Positions 27,759-38,255 of a DNA stretch of 64,000 bases are shown here, in pieces; position 1 is the stretch's first letter; each line of letters opens with the position of its first letter. This stretch comes from Acidimicrobiia bacterium. Lineage in GTDB: Bacteria; Actinomycetota; Acidimicrobiia; Spongiisociales; ZC4RG35. The DNA is taken from contig OZ244034.1 of assembly GCA_965215185.1 (NCBI GenBank), forward strand, positions 1,408,001 to 1,472,000, in the 5' to 3' direction. The notes under the pieces were generated by a model. The model searched no databases, was not told the DNA's origin, and saw nothing but the letters and a program-made list of their open reading frames with translations. A program made the position numbers and the translations under genes.

Positions 27759-29567
27759 TCACCCGGGGGCACTTGAGGGGACACCAGCCAATACAGAGGC
27801 CGGGGTAGCAATCCGTCCAGCGCCGCCTTCGGGGTAGCGCTCGGGTGTGATGATCCCGTTCAGGGCATCTCGGATGTAGGCCACCATCGACTGCTGAGCT
27901 GTTGTTCCCAGCCTGGTGTGTCCTCCACTGCCGAACAGATACTGGTCCCCTCCGTTGGCCAAGAAATCCACGGTGGCGACGGTTACGTGAGAAGCTCCAT
28001 CCACTACCTCTCCACTGCGCACCAGAACGGCGCCACTGTCCAATTCAATCAACAGCACCCGCTCCCCCGGAGTCACCACGGCATTGTCCTCGATAACCTG
28101 GGCAACGGCATCCGGATCGTAGACAAATCTCAACCCTGCAACCTGAGCAAAGCGGCCTGCTGAATCTTCCACTTGCGACACCGCGTTCTCCAGGAGCACC
28201 TTCAGTTGTGCAGGTGAGACATCTTCCACAACAGTCAGGATGTCGTTGAAGGGAACGATGTCGAACGTATCAAGTTCGGTCACCGGACCGGGTGGAAACA
28301 CCGAGTCGTTGCGGATGCCCCCTCCGCTAACGAAACCCACATCCGGTAGGGGAGAACCGAATCCCGATGCCAAGCTGCGGGCATTCCAAAGCACGGCGTC
28401 GGCCACGAGATCACCCAGATTGGTCTCCATGGTGCGCACACCCGGAGATCTCCGTCCATCCAGGGGGTCGGCGTTTATCCCAACCGCAGTAGCAGCCAGC
28501 TTGTCCAGAGCGGCGATCACCGGCTCTGTCACCTGGGCTTGGACTTGAGGGTCGAGCGCCACCGCATCCGGATGGCCATCGCCGGCCACCCGCACCAAGC
28601 CGCTGCCATCCCCAACTGCGGTGACATTCCCGTCGGAGTCGAGGTTCAGAACAAGCCGTCCCAAGTAGGTGTAGTCGCCGGGAGTGGTCACCACCACCAC
28701 CGGACTGCCATCCGCCAGGGTGGCGGTGATCGGATAGGCGTTGTAGGGATCTCCGTCTCCGGGCAGCAGCAAGGTTGTTTCATCGGCCAGCAGGGCGTTG
28801 CTGCCGCCAGCCACTATCGCATCCACACCCGTGAGCTCCCTGGCCAACTCGATCTCATTGTCGAGAGACTGCAGATGAGTGGAGAGAATGATGATGTCAA
28901 TCCCTTCGCTGGTGAGTCGATCGATCTCAGCCTGCAACACCTCGGTGACCATGGTGTTGACCGTCACGTTGCGAAGACTGGAGATAAAGGGCAGATCGGG
29001 AGTGGTGGCGCCGACTATTCCGATGCGGCGTCCCTCTTTGGTCACTACCACAGAGGGAGCGATCAGACCCCGGTCGACCAAAGCTTGCAGGGCCGGTTCG
29101 CCGGACATGTCAAGATTGGCGCTGATGAAAGGAGCGTTTCCGACCTCCTCGACAAGCCGAGCCACCAGGTCGGGCCCCAGATCGAACTCGTGGTTGCCGA
29201 TGGTCAGGGCGTCGTAGCCGATCAGGTTAAGGGCTATGGCGTCATAGAACGGAGCGTCCTCTGTAAGGCTGGCCGACAACTCCGGGCCGCTTAGGACGTT
29301 GTCTCCGGATGAGAGGGTGATAACCGCCGCGCCTTGCTCGAGTGCCTCCGACCGCAACTGATGCACCAGGCTGGCGAAGCGAGCCACTCCCCCGAAATTG
29401 GGGAGATCTCCTGATGCCTGGACGAGCTGTGATTCCCCATCGTTGTGGTGGAGAATCACCAGCCTGAGATCTCCCTCGCTCCGCTGCCATGTCAAGAAAG
29501 CGGCGACCAGCACGGCGACGATCAGTGGAATCAAACTCCAGCGGAGCGGTCGACCGCTATTACTCAT
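27759..29567 (-). CDS. secreted 5'-nucleotidase / UDP-sugar hydrolase
   Basis: N-terminal TM/signal, ILHHND, SSGD, GNHEFD, GGIR, FLANGGD. Confidence 0.92.
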   Translation of the reverse strand: MSNSGRPLRWSLIPLIVAVLVAAFLTWQRSEGDLRLVILHHNDGESQLVQASGDLPNFGGVARFASLVHQLRSEALEQGAAVITLSSGDNVLSGPELSASLTEDAPFYDAIALNLIGYDALTIGNHEFDLGPDLVARLVEEVGNAPFISANLDMSGEPALQALVDRGLIAPSVVVTKEGRRIGIVGATTPDLPFISSLRNVTVNTMVTEVLQAEIDRLTSEGIDIIILSTHLQSLDNEIELARELTGVDAIVAGGSNALLADETTLLLPGDGDPYNAYPITATLADGSPVVVVTTPGDYTYLGRLVLNLDSDGNVTAVGDGSGLVRVAGDGHPDAVALDPQVQAQVTEPVIAALDKLAATAVGINADPLDGRRSPGVRTMETNLGDLVADAVLWNARSLASGFGSPLPDVGFVSGGGIRNDSVFPPGPVTELDTFDIVPFNDILTVVEDVSPAQLKVLLENAVSQVEDSAGRFAQVAGLRFVYDPDAVAQVIEDNAVVTPGERVLLIELDSGAVLVRSGEVVDGASHVTVATVDFLANGGDQYLFGSGGHTRLGTTAQQSMVAYIRDALNGIITPERYPEGGAGRIATPASVLAGVPSSAPG

Positions 29568-29622
29568 CCATACTCCCTCCTGGCAATGCGATGCGCTCAA
29601 CACCTACATAGGCGGAGTGAAC

Positions 29623-30129
29623 TTAGCCGTAAGGGTTGGCGTAAGGGCTTTCGATCTCGAACGGTCTTCCCTCTTCCCCGAACTGGATTAACTCGATCGA
29701 GATGTCGTCGGGGTCACGCAGATAACAAGTGAGAGCTCCCTCATACCTGCCCCAGGCGCAGCGGACCGGCTCCGGCGAGCGGAACTCAGCCCGCCCTCTC
29801 AAGCGTTCGTAGTCCCGATAGATATCTTCGGTCTCCAAACAGATGTGCGTGTTGCCAGCGTTGTAGGTCGCCATGTCCACTCGGCCAGGGGGCGGATTGT
29901 GGTATTGAAGCATCTCCAGCACCGTTCCACCGGGAAGTGTCCAGAACGCGCCCGACATATCGCAATTGGGGTATCCCAGGATGTCGCCCACATAGTCCTC
30001 GATTTCAGCCGCAATCCAGGTGCCCTGCATGAACGGCTCCGAGTCCAGAAAATAGCTCCACCAGGGAACCGATACCTCAAGATCCGTCACGGTGATCCCG
30101 ATGTGGTCAACCGACTTGAAACCCATCAT
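29623..30129 (-). CDS. VOC (glyoxalase) family protein
   Basis: DHIGITV.DL, LEMLQY, HIC, YLRDPD..IELIQ. Confidence 0.88.
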   Translation of the reverse strand: MMGFKSVDHIGITVTDLEVSVPWWSYFLDSEPFMQGTWIAAEIEDYVGDILGYPNCDMSGAFWTLPGGTVLEMLQYHNPPPGRVDMATYNAGNTHICLETEDIYRDYERLRGRAEFRSPEPVRCAWGRYEGALTCYLRDPDDISIELIQFGEEGRPFEIESPYANPYG

Positions 30130-30435
30130 TTACCTCCGGGGCGACCCCGTCCACCACCCACTGCAGTGACGGCTTCCACCTTCGTTGTCAACACAGGGCA
30201 TGCTAGCGATGACCCTACTTGCTCGCCGGTCTGCCCTGCGGTCCTCAACTGATCTAACAGTCAGACTGATTCCGCCAGGTCCGTCGCCTGTTAAACCGAG
30301 CGCGTTCTCCTACACCAGGTGACGGCAGAAGGCTAGCCTTCAACAATGCACGAAACTTTCGCCGGCAGCGACACACCTGGGTTACGTGTCACCAACCTCT
30401 ACCAGGCCTAAGCAGAGAACAGGATTGTTCGACGA

Positions 30436-31455
30436 GTGAACCCCACTACCAAGGGGACACTTTGGGCGGTGAGCGCGGTCATCATCGGCTCTTGGCTACC
30501 CCTGTTTTACCTCTTCACCCATGTCAGCGACGACCCCTTCGTGTGGCGCTCCTGGCTATTCGCCTTCCAGGCGGCGGCGTTAGCCCCGGCGTTCGTCCTG
30601 ATTCCGACCGCCAACAAACACTGGAGAGAGAAAGCCCGCAAGCTGCTGTTCTACTGGGGAGACAGCGGAGAACCCGTTCGCATCCGAAATCCGATCGAGG
30701 TGGTTCGAACTCCAGCGTTCTGGATGGTGATCTCCTTTGCTCTCGACCTGACTTTTTGGGTCTGGGCGGCGACTCTGATCGACCCGTTGGTAGTGACCAT
30801 CATCTTCCAACTGGTGGTGATTGGAATAGTGTGGATGGCCGCCAGGCTGGGCAAAAAGCTATCCACTGGACGGCAGACCTCCCCGCACCTCATAGGTCGG
30901 AAACACTGGATGCTGATGACCCTCTCCTTCCTGGGCGCCGCCCTGGTCATCTGGGCAGAGACCGGCACGGTCAGAACCCTCAACTGGCTGGGCATCGCCT
31001 TAGCGTTCGGAAGCGCCGCTACCGCCGTCGGAAGTCTGTGGGGAACCATTTCCACCGGACGCCTCATGGGATGGCCCGGCAACAACCCGCACGATCTGGT
31101 CTGGAACTCCACCTTCTCGGCTGTGGCCGGACGGATTCTCGCCCTCCCCCTAACTCTGACGGGAAGCGTCTTGTTTTTCCCGCCGTCTGACAACAGTTTC
31201 GACCTCACGTGGACGACGGTGGGTTTCCTGAGCCTGATAGGAGCGTTCAACGCCGCCGGGGCGCTCAGCCTCCGATACTCCCTGTATGTGACCTCCAGTT
31301 TGAGCGTCCAGCGGATCATGTTCTTCTCCCCGGTCCTCCAGATGCTTTGGATATGGACTTTCGCCGAAGTTTCCATCACCAACCCCCCAGTTCTTCTGAT
31401 CGGCGCCGGGATCGTGCTCCTCTCCAATTTGGGATCGCAGACCAAAACCATTTGA
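30436..31455 (+). CDS. EamA/DMT-like membrane protein, tandem copy 1
   Basis: About 10 TM helices in two repeats; 339 aa paralog of copies 2 and 3. Confidence 0.75.
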   Translation: MNPTTKGTLWAVSAVIIGSWLPLFYLFTHVSDDPFVWRSWLFAFQAAALAPAFVLIPTANKHWREKARKLLFYWGDSGEPVRIRNPIEVVRTPAFWMVISFALDLTFWVWAATLIDPLVVTIIFQLVVIGIVWMAARLGKKLSTGRQTSPHLIGRKHWMLMTLSFLGAALVIWAETGTVRTLNWLGIALAFGSAATAVGSLWGTISTGRLMGWPGNNPHDLVWNSTFSAVAGRILALPLTLTGSVLFFPPSDNSFDLTWTTVGFLSLIGAFNAAGALSLRYSLYVTSSLSVQRIMFFSPVLQMLWIWTFAEVSITNPPVLLIGAGIVLLSNLGSQTKTI

Positions 31456-31751
31456 CCCAGGCCCAGATATGGCAAATGGAAGTGGCCTATACCGATTGAT
31501 GGACCGGGTTGACGGAGCGCAGTGAATCACCGCTCTTCCCCTATGACCGGACACTCTCTTCGCTCCCTTCTGATCTGACAGTCAGGCTGATCTTCGTTCG
31601 ACCCACCACCTCCCACATCGGGCATACTCCCAAGCCGGCCGACACCGGAAAGCTAACCTCCGAGAATGGACGAATCCTCGCCAGCCGCAACCCACCGGGG
31701 TCATTTGTCCCCATCCCCCACCAGACCTAAGAGAACAGGATCGTTCGACCG

Positions 31752-32771
31752 GTGAACCCAACCACCAAGGGGACACTGTGGGCCGTCAACGCGGTCGTCA
31801 CCGGCTCTTGGCTACCCCTGTTGTACCTCTTCACCCATATCAGCGACGACCCCTTCGTGTGGCGCTCCTGGTCATTCGCATTCCAGGTGATGGCGTTGGC
31901 CCCGTTGTTCCTCCTGGTTCCAACCGCCAACAAACAGTGGAGAGAGAAGGCCCGCAAGCTGCTGTTCTACTGGGGAGACAGCGGAGAACCCGTTCGCATC
32001 CGAAACCCGATAGAGGTGGTGCGCACCCCGGCGTTCTGGATGGTTATCTCTTATGCTCTCGACCTGGCGTTTTGGGTTTGGGCGGCGACTCTGATCGATC
32101 CGCTGGTCGTGACCATCATCTTCCAACTCTTGCTGATTGGAATGGTGTGGTTGGCGGCCAGACTAGGCCGGAGGATATCGGCTGGAGACCGAACCTCCCC
32201 GCACGTCATAGGGCGCAAGCACTGGATGCTGATGACCCTCTCCTTCCTGGGCGCCGCCCTGGTCATCTGGGCGGAGACCGGCGAGGTCAAGACACTGAAT
32301 TGGCTGGGTATAGGCGTAGCCCTCGCCGGGGTTGCAACCGCCACCGGAAGTCTGTGGGGAACCGTCTCCACCGGACGCATCATGGGGTGGCCCGGCAGCA
32401 ACGCCCACGACCTGGTGTGGAACGCCACTTTCTCGGCGGTGGCCGGGCGGATCCTGGCCCTCCCTCTGACCCTGTTAGGAAGCGTCCTGTTTTTCCCGCC
32501 ATCTGACAACAACTTCGATCTCACCTGGACCACGGTGGGTCTCCTAAGCCTGATGGGAGCGCTTAACGCGTCGGGAGCGCTCAGTCACCGATATTCCCTG
32601 TATGTGACCTCTAGTTTGAGCGTCCAGCGGATCATGTTTTTCTCTCCGGTCCTTCAAATGCTCTGGATATGGATGTTCGCCGATATCTCCATCGCCAACC
32701 CCCAAGCCCTACTAGTCGGCGCCGGGATCGTGCTCCTCTCCAATTTTGGATGGCAGAGCAAACGTATATGA
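31752..32771 (+). CDS. EamA/DMT-like membrane protein, tandem copy 2
   Basis: 339 aa, colinear with copy 1. Confidence 0.75.
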   Translation: MNPTTKGTLWAVNAVVTGSWLPLLYLFTHISDDPFVWRSWSFAFQVMALAPLFLLVPTANKQWREKARKLLFYWGDSGEPVRIRNPIEVVRTPAFWMVISYALDLAFWVWAATLIDPLVVTIIFQLLLIGMVWLAARLGRRISAGDRTSPHVIGRKHWMLMTLSFLGAALVIWAETGEVKTLNWLGIGVALAGVATATGSLWGTVSTGRIMGWPGSNAHDLVWNATFSAVAGRILALPLTLLGSVLFFPPSDNNFDLTWTTVGLLSLMGALNASGALSHRYSLYVTSSLSVQRIMFFSPVLQMLWIWMFADISIANPQALLVGAGIVLLSNFGWQSKRI

Positions 32772-33037
32772 CCCCGAATCCAGACACGAACTAAAGTTGC
32801 ACCCCGAATCGAGGTCCACCACCGATGTAGGGGCTCTACGGAGCATGGGTAGCGCAAGCGAATCACCTCCCTTTGGATCTAACCATCGGCGGACCCGACC
32901 CTCCCACACCGGCGCGCACTTACCGCACCAAGGGACCCCGAAAAGCTAACCTCAAAAACACAGAGGCGCGCTGGCGGCTGCCTAACGCGGTTGTGTCGCC
33001 AGCCCTAACCAGAGCAGGGACCAGGACAGTTCGATCA

Positions 33038-34057
33038 GTGAACCCAAACACCAGGGGGACATTGTGGGCTGTGAGCGCGGTTGTCTCCCTCTCCTGGCTA
33101 CCCCTGTTCTATCTCTATACCCACGTCAGCGACGATCCCTTTGTGTGGCGCTCTTGGTCGTTCGTCTTCCAGGCGGCCGGGTTGGTTCCGGTGCTCTTCG
33201 TGGTTCCGACCCAGAACAAGAACTGGAGAAAGAAGGCTGGCAAGCTGCTGTTCTACTGGGGAGACAGCGGAGAACCGGTTCGCGTGAGAAACCTGATGGA
33301 GGTGGCGCGAACCCCGGCGTTCTGGATGGCGATCGGCTTCGCTCTCGACCTGGCCTTCTGGGTTTGGGCTGCTACCCTGATCGACCCGCTGGTGGTGACC
33401 ATCATCTTCCAATTGGCGTTTGTCGGAATAGTGTGGATGGCGGCCAGGTTGGGCAGGAAGATATCGGCTGGAGACCGCACCTCCCCGCATGTCATAAGCA
33501 GGAAGCACTGGACCCTGATGGCCTTCTCCTTCCTGGGCGCCGCACTGGTCATCTGGTCGGAGACCGGCGAGGTCATAACCCTGAACTGGCTGGGAATAGC
33601 CGTGGCCTTTGCTGGCACCGCCACTGGCGTCTGGAGTCTGTGGGGAACCATCTCCCTCGGACGCCTGATGGGGTGGCCCGGGGATGACCCGAACGATCTG
33701 GTTTGGAACTCCACTTTTGCGGCGGTGGCCGCGAGGGTTCTTGCCCTGCCCCTGACATTGGTGGGAAGCGTCCTGTTCTTCCCACCAACCGAAAACCGCT
33801 TCGACTTCACCTGGACAACGTTCGGTTTCCTGATCCTGATAGGAGTTTTCAACATGTCGGGATCGCTCAGCTACCGATACTCCATGTATGTGACCTCCAG
33901 TTTGAGCGTCCAACGGATCATGTTCTTCACCCCCATCCTCCAGATGCTTTGGATATGGATCTTCGCCGATGTTTCCATCGCCCACCCCCAAGCCCTAATG
34001 ATCGGCGCTGGGATCGTACTCCTCTCCAATCTGGGTGCGCAGAGCAAATCCGCGTGA
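33038..34057 (+). CDS. EamA/DMT-like membrane protein, tandem copy 3
   Basis: 339 aa from GTG 33038, colinear with copies 1 and 2. Confidence 0.75.
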   Translation: MNPNTRGTLWAVSAVVSLSWLPLFYLYTHVSDDPFVWRSWSFVFQAAGLVPVLFVVPTQNKNWRKKAGKLLFYWGDSGEPVRVRNLMEVARTPAFWMAIGFALDLAFWVWAATLIDPLVVTIIFQLAFVGIVWMAARLGRKISAGDRTSPHVISRKHWTLMAFSFLGAALVIWSETGEVITLNWLGIAVAFAGTATGVWSLWGTISLGRLMGWPGDDPNDLVWNSTFAAVAARVLALPLTLVGSVLFFPPTENRFDFTWTTFGFLILIGVFNMSGSLSYRYSMYVTSSLSVQRIMFFTPILQMLWIWIFADVSIAHPQALMIGAGIVLLSNLGAQSKSA

Positions 34058-34154
34058 CCCGGCCTTCTACAACCTGATCGCACCGCTACCTATTTAACAG
34101 AGCGCGGCGTGGGCAAGGTCCCTTGTTGAGCCCTGGTTGTATCGTTCTGAGGCG

Positions 34155-35678
34155 ATGCCTGAGCTAATAACCGATCTCTTGGACCGCTCAGCCCGGCTCT
34201 ATCCCGACCGGTGCGCAGTGCGGATCGTGGGAGGGCCTTCCCTCACCTACGGGCAGTTGGCCCAACGGGTGGATAACGTGGCCGGTGTCCTGGTCCGAAT
34301 GGGGGTGGGGAGGGGCGACCGGGTAGCGGTGATGGCTCCCGCCGGACTGGCCTTTTTTGACGCTTATCTGGGAGCGGCCCGGCTGGGCGCCGCGGCGGTT
34401 CCCTTCTCCACCCGCCTGGCCCCAGCCGAAATCGCCCGACAATTGGCCGACGCCGATCCTCAAGTTGCCATCGTGGGAGCCGAATATGGCGAGAAGATGG
34501 CGCAGGTCTGCGGTGATGGCATGAATCTGATCGAACACGACGGCCCCGAATACCGGCGCATGCTTTCTTCGTCTGACCCAGCTCCCATCTCCGCTCGCTC
34601 CGAGAACACCGCCCTCATCATCTACACCAGCGGCACCACCGGCGATCCCAAGGGAGTGTGCCTATCTCACGCCGCTCTCACTTTCAACGCCCACGTAACT
34701 GCTGTGTCTCAAGAACTCCTCCCCTCCGATGTCTACCTCTCCGCTACTCCCCTCTACCATGCCTCGGCCGGTTTGCGGGTGACCACCATGTTGGTGGACG
34801 GGCAAACCCATGTGGTGCTTCCCTCCTTCGATCCAGATACCACCATGTCGGCAGTATCCGATTATGGGATCACCACCACCATCATGGTGTCCACCCAGTT
34901 GCAAAGGATGCTGGATTCACCCAAATTCGATCCTGACCGCTTCCGCTCCATGCGGCTTCTGTTGTACGGCGCTGCCTCCACCCGCTCGAACCTGGTGCAG
35001 AGGATGATGTCGGTCCTCCCATGTGGCCTGTACCACGGGTACGGGCTGACCGAAGCCACCGCGGTGTGCTCGGCCCTGGGACCGGAGGACCATCAACAGA
35101 TAGTGAAGGGGGACTCTGGACGACTGTCCTGCGGCCGTCCCATCGAGGGGGTGGACATCGACATAAGAACTCCCGAAGGCAAACAGACTGAACCCCAAGA
35201 GGTGGGGGAATTGCTGGTGCGCACTCCCAAACTGATGTCCGGCTACTGGAGACAGCCCGAGGCCACCGCCCAAGCAATCCGCAACGGTTGGCTTCACACA
35301 GGAGATCTCGGATACCGGGACGAGCAAGGGTTCCTGTACTTGTCCGGACGCATCAAAGAGTTGATCATCAGCGGAGGCGTGAACATCCATCCGCCGCAAA
35401 TAGAGGACACCCTCTCCCATCACCCCCGGGTGGCGGAGGTGGCGGTGATCGGTCTCCCTGATCACCTGTGGGGCGAGGCGGTGACGGCAGTGGTCGTTCC
35501 CCGCCCCGGTCCTGCCCCGACCCTTGAGAATCTCGCCGACTGGGTGGGCGCCCGGCTCGCCTCCCATATGAAACCCAAGCAACTGATACTCACCGACCGG
35601 CTGCCACGGGGCCCAACCGGTAAGGTGCAAAAGCATTTGCTGGTCGAGATACACACCGACAGAGAGGACGGCCAATGA
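34155..35678 (+). CDS. acyl-CoA synthetase (AMP-binding, class I adenylate-forming)
   Basis: YTSGTTGDPKG, GYGLTE, GWLHTGDLG, GKV. Confidence 0.94.
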   Translation: MPELITDLLDRSARLYPDRCAVRIVGGPSLTYGQLAQRVDNVAGVLVRMGVGRGDRVAVMAPAGLAFFDAYLGAARLGAAAVPFSTRLAPAEIARQLADADPQVAIVGAEYGEKMAQVCGDGMNLIEHDGPEYRRMLSSSDPAPISARSENTALIIYTSGTTGDPKGVCLSHAALTFNAHVTAVSQELLPSDVYLSATPLYHASAGLRVTTMLVDGQTHVVLPSFDPDTTMSAVSDYGITTTIMVSTQLQRMLDSPKFDPDRFRSMRLLLYGAASTRSNLVQRMMSVLPCGLYHGYGLTEATAVCSALGPEDHQQIVKGDSGRLSCGRPIEGVDIDIRTPEGKQTEPQEVGELLVRTPKLMSGYWRQPEATAQAIRNGWLHTGDLGYRDEQGFLYLSGRIKELIISGGVNIHPPQIEDTLSHHPRVAEVAVIGLPDHLWGEAVTAVVVPRPGPAPTLENLADWVGARLASHMKPKQLILTDRLPRGPTGKVQKHLLVEIHTDREDGQ

Positions 35679-36778
35679 TCGCTAGAGCCCTCCACGAACA
35701 ACCGACTCCCGCTCTGGTCATAGACACGGCGGTGATGGAACGGAACATCGCCGAAATGGCGCAACGGATGAAAGACCTGGGAGTGGCGCTTCGGCCCCAT
35801 TGGAAGACTTCCAAGATGGTGGAAGTCGCCCGCCTACAGAGCCAGGCAGGATGTGTGGGTTTCACATGCGCCACCCCGGCCGAGGTGGAGTGTCTCCTCG
35901 ATCATGGATTTACCGACATCACTTGGGCTCATCAACCGGCGGGAGGTCCGAAGGTCGCCTTTGCATTGGAGGCCAACCGGCGGGGGCGGGTGCGGGTGGC
36001 GCTTGACTCTCTCGAGGTGGCTGCACCCCTGGCAAGAGCCGGCACGACGGCAGGAGTCGTGATTCCCTATCTGATTGAGGTGGACACCGGACTGGGGCGG
36101 GCAGGAATCTCCCCTGATCAAGTGGTGAGCATGGCAGGCAGGATGGCTCGATTGGATGGCCTGCAGTTTGAGGGGATTATCACCCACGCAGGACACTTGA
36201 GCGGCTTCGGGGACAACCGGTCAGGCCTGGAAGCTGAGGGCCGAGCGGTGGGAAGGACCATGGTGAGAGTCGCTCAGGCGCTTAGCAATGCCGGTTTTCA
36301 GGTGTCGGTGGTGTCGGTGGGATCCACCCCGGGTTCCACCTCCACTCCCACCGTGCCGGGAGTCACCGAAGCCCGTCCCGGCACCTACGTGTTCAATGAC
36401 GCCAACCAAGTGACGGTGGGAAGCACCACCCTTTCGGGGTGCGCCCTGACGGTGGCTGCCCGGGTGGTGAGCACTCCTCGATCCGGGGAGGCGATTATCG
36501 ATGCAGGGAGCAAGTCAATGAGTTCTGACGGGCCTAGCTCCGGGGTCAGTTTTGGAAGAGTGTTGACCGAGGACGGCGCTTACGCCGATATCAGTTTCCA
36601 CCGAGCCAACGAGGAGCACGGCTTCTTGCAAGGAACCGGCGTGGAGACACTCAAGGTAGGCGATATGGTGCGCATCGTTCCCAACCATGCCTGCGCCACG
36701 GTCAACATGTGGAGCCAGGCGCTGGTGATCGGGGATGACGGAACCCTTGATGAGTGGAGAGTCCGAGCCCGCCGCTGA
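35675..36778 (+). CDS. DSD1/D-threonine aldolase family PLP enzyme
   Basis: TPALVID, RPHWKT, EVDTG.GRAG, EARPGTYVFND, EEHG, PNHAC. Confidence 0.9.
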   Translation: MIARALHEQPTPALVIDTAVMERNIAEMAQRMKDLGVALRPHWKTSKMVEVARLQSQAGCVGFTCATPAEVECLLDHGFTDITWAHQPAGGPKVAFALEANRRGRVRVALDSLEVAAPLARAGTTAGVVIPYLIEVDTGLGRAGISPDQVVSMAGRMARLDGLQFEGIITHAGHLSGFGDNRSGLEAEGRAVGRTMVRVAQALSNAGFQVSVVSVGSTPGSTSTPTVPGVTEARPGTYVFNDANQVTVGSTTLSGCALTVAARVVSTPRSGEAIIDAGSKSMSSDGPSSGVSFGRVLTEDGAYADISFHRANEEHGFLQGTGVETLKVGDMVRIVPNHACATVNMWSQALVIGDDGTLDEWRVRARR

Positions 36779-36799
36779 TCGGGCCGGACAGAAAGCCGC

Positions 36800-37942
36800 T
36801 TATCTCAGCCAGGCCGCCAGGCCTGCGAGCAGACGGTCGATGTCGTCCTGGGTGTTCCACATGTGCACCGAGACCCGCACCGAGTTGCCTCTCACGGAGA
36901 CATAAACCGACCGGGAGGCCAGTTCCGTTACCAGGGACCGGGGATCCGCCCCTTCGGGGAGCCGCAACCCCATCAGGTGAGCGCTTCGAAACTCACTATC
37001 GGGAGCAATCAATCCCAGCGACGCCGACTCGACGGCAAGGCGGTCGGTGAGCAATCGGCTATGAGCTGACAGACGCTCGCTACCCACCCCTGCCACGATC
37101 TCAAGACCCTGGCAGGCGGCCTCGGTCAACCATAGGTTCCAAGACTGGCCAGCATCGTAGCGCCGCGCCCCGGAAGCCAACTCCCAGCGGTACTCGTTCA
37201 CCCTTGAGAAGTCCTCGCTGCCCGCCCGGGCCATCCAATTGGCGTCCAGCGGCCTCCCCTCCCGGTTTTCGGGCGAGGCCCACAGATACGACATTCCCGG
37301 TGGACCCAAAAGCCACTTGTATCCCACAGAAACCAAAAAGTCGGGACGGACACTCTCAACATCGAAAGGCGCCATCCCCAAACTCTGGGAAATGTCCAAC
37401 ACCAGCCCGGCGCCCACCGAGCGGGTCGACTCCCCCAGCCTCTCCAAGTCCAATCGGGTCCCGTCAGTCCAGTGACAGGCCGGAATGGACACCACCGAAA
37501 CCGATTCATCCAGGCGGTCCAGCACCGCAGCAGTCCAGTCGTCGTCAGATGGCCGCTTGACAAAGACCGGCTTAGCCCCCCGCTCCGTCCAGGGATACAC
37601 CATGGCGGGGAACTGTTCCTCCAGCATCAACACCCGGTCGCCGTCTCCCACACACAGCGCCGCCGCGGCGGTGGCAACGCCATAACTGGCGGAGGACACC
37701 AGCGCCACGCCTTCCGCATCTGCTCCCACCAGTGACGAAACCAATTTTCTGATCCGGTTTCCCGGGGCGAAGAAGTCCGAGACCGCCACCTCCCCCAGGG
37801 GTCGGTTGACAGCTGCGTTCACCGCCTGTGCCACCGGCTTGGCCCGGGCGCCCAGGTAAGCGCTATTCAACCATGCCACATCCCCATCGAGATCGAACAA
37901 ATCCCGAATCGGTAGCTCCAAACTCGAATATGGCGAGGTCAT
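36800..37942 (-). CDS. aminotransferase class V PLP enzyme
   Basis: WLNSAY, LDISQSLG, GYKWLLGP, RVSVH..N. Confidence 0.9.
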   Translation of the reverse strand: MTSPYSSLELPIRDLFDLDGDVAWLNSAYLGARAKPVAQAVNAAVNRPLGEVAVSDFFAPGNRIRKLVSSLVGADAEGVALVSSASYGVATAAAALCVGDGDRVLMLEEQFPAMVYPWTERGAKPVFVKRPSDDDWTAAVLDRLDESVSVVSIPACHWTDGTRLDLERLGESTRSVGAGLVLDISQSLGMAPFDVESVRPDFLVSVGYKWLLGPPGMSYLWASPENREGRPLDANWMARAGSEDFSRVNEYRWELASGARRYDAGQSWNLWLTEAACQGLEIVAGVGSERLSAHSRLLTDRLAVESASLGLIAPDSEFRSAHLMGLRLPEGADPRSLVTELASRSVYVSVRGNSVRVSVHMWNTQDDIDRLLAGLAAWLR

Positions 37943-37948
37943 CGAAAC

Positions 37949-38212
37949 CTATAGGTCAGTGGGATAGACCAAGGCAAGATCCGAAAAAGCCACCCCTTGC
38001 GAATTCAGCCGGGAGGAGATCATCCCTGCGAACATTTGTCTGGGAATCAGACAGTCCTCGCAGGCATCGGGGCCGGCCACTATCTCCACCCGCAGGCTTC
38101 CGGCGCTCGACAGGCTCACATCCAAGGTATAACCATCGGCGGCCAACCCAAAGACGAAAGGCCGCAACGCGGAAACCGCCGATTCCACATCAGGATGCAA
38201 CTCTGTGCTCAC
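37949..38212 (-). CDS. small NifU-like CxxC protein
   Basis: LAADGY...GPDACEDCL pattern. Confidence 0.6.
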   Translation of the reverse strand: MSTELHPDVESAVSALRPFVFGLAADGYTLDVSLSSAGSLRVEIVAGPDACEDCLIPRQMFAGMISSRLNSQGVAFSDLALVYPTDL

Positions 38213-38255
38213 AGTCTCCGTAGGGTAGCCTTCGGCTATACCCCGCAAATGGGTA

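Noticed and set aside
30415-30433. LexA boxes upstream of the DMT genes (GAAC..GTTC)
   Set aside because: Spacer is 6 nt rather than 4, overlaps the RBS, and is not kept in copy 3
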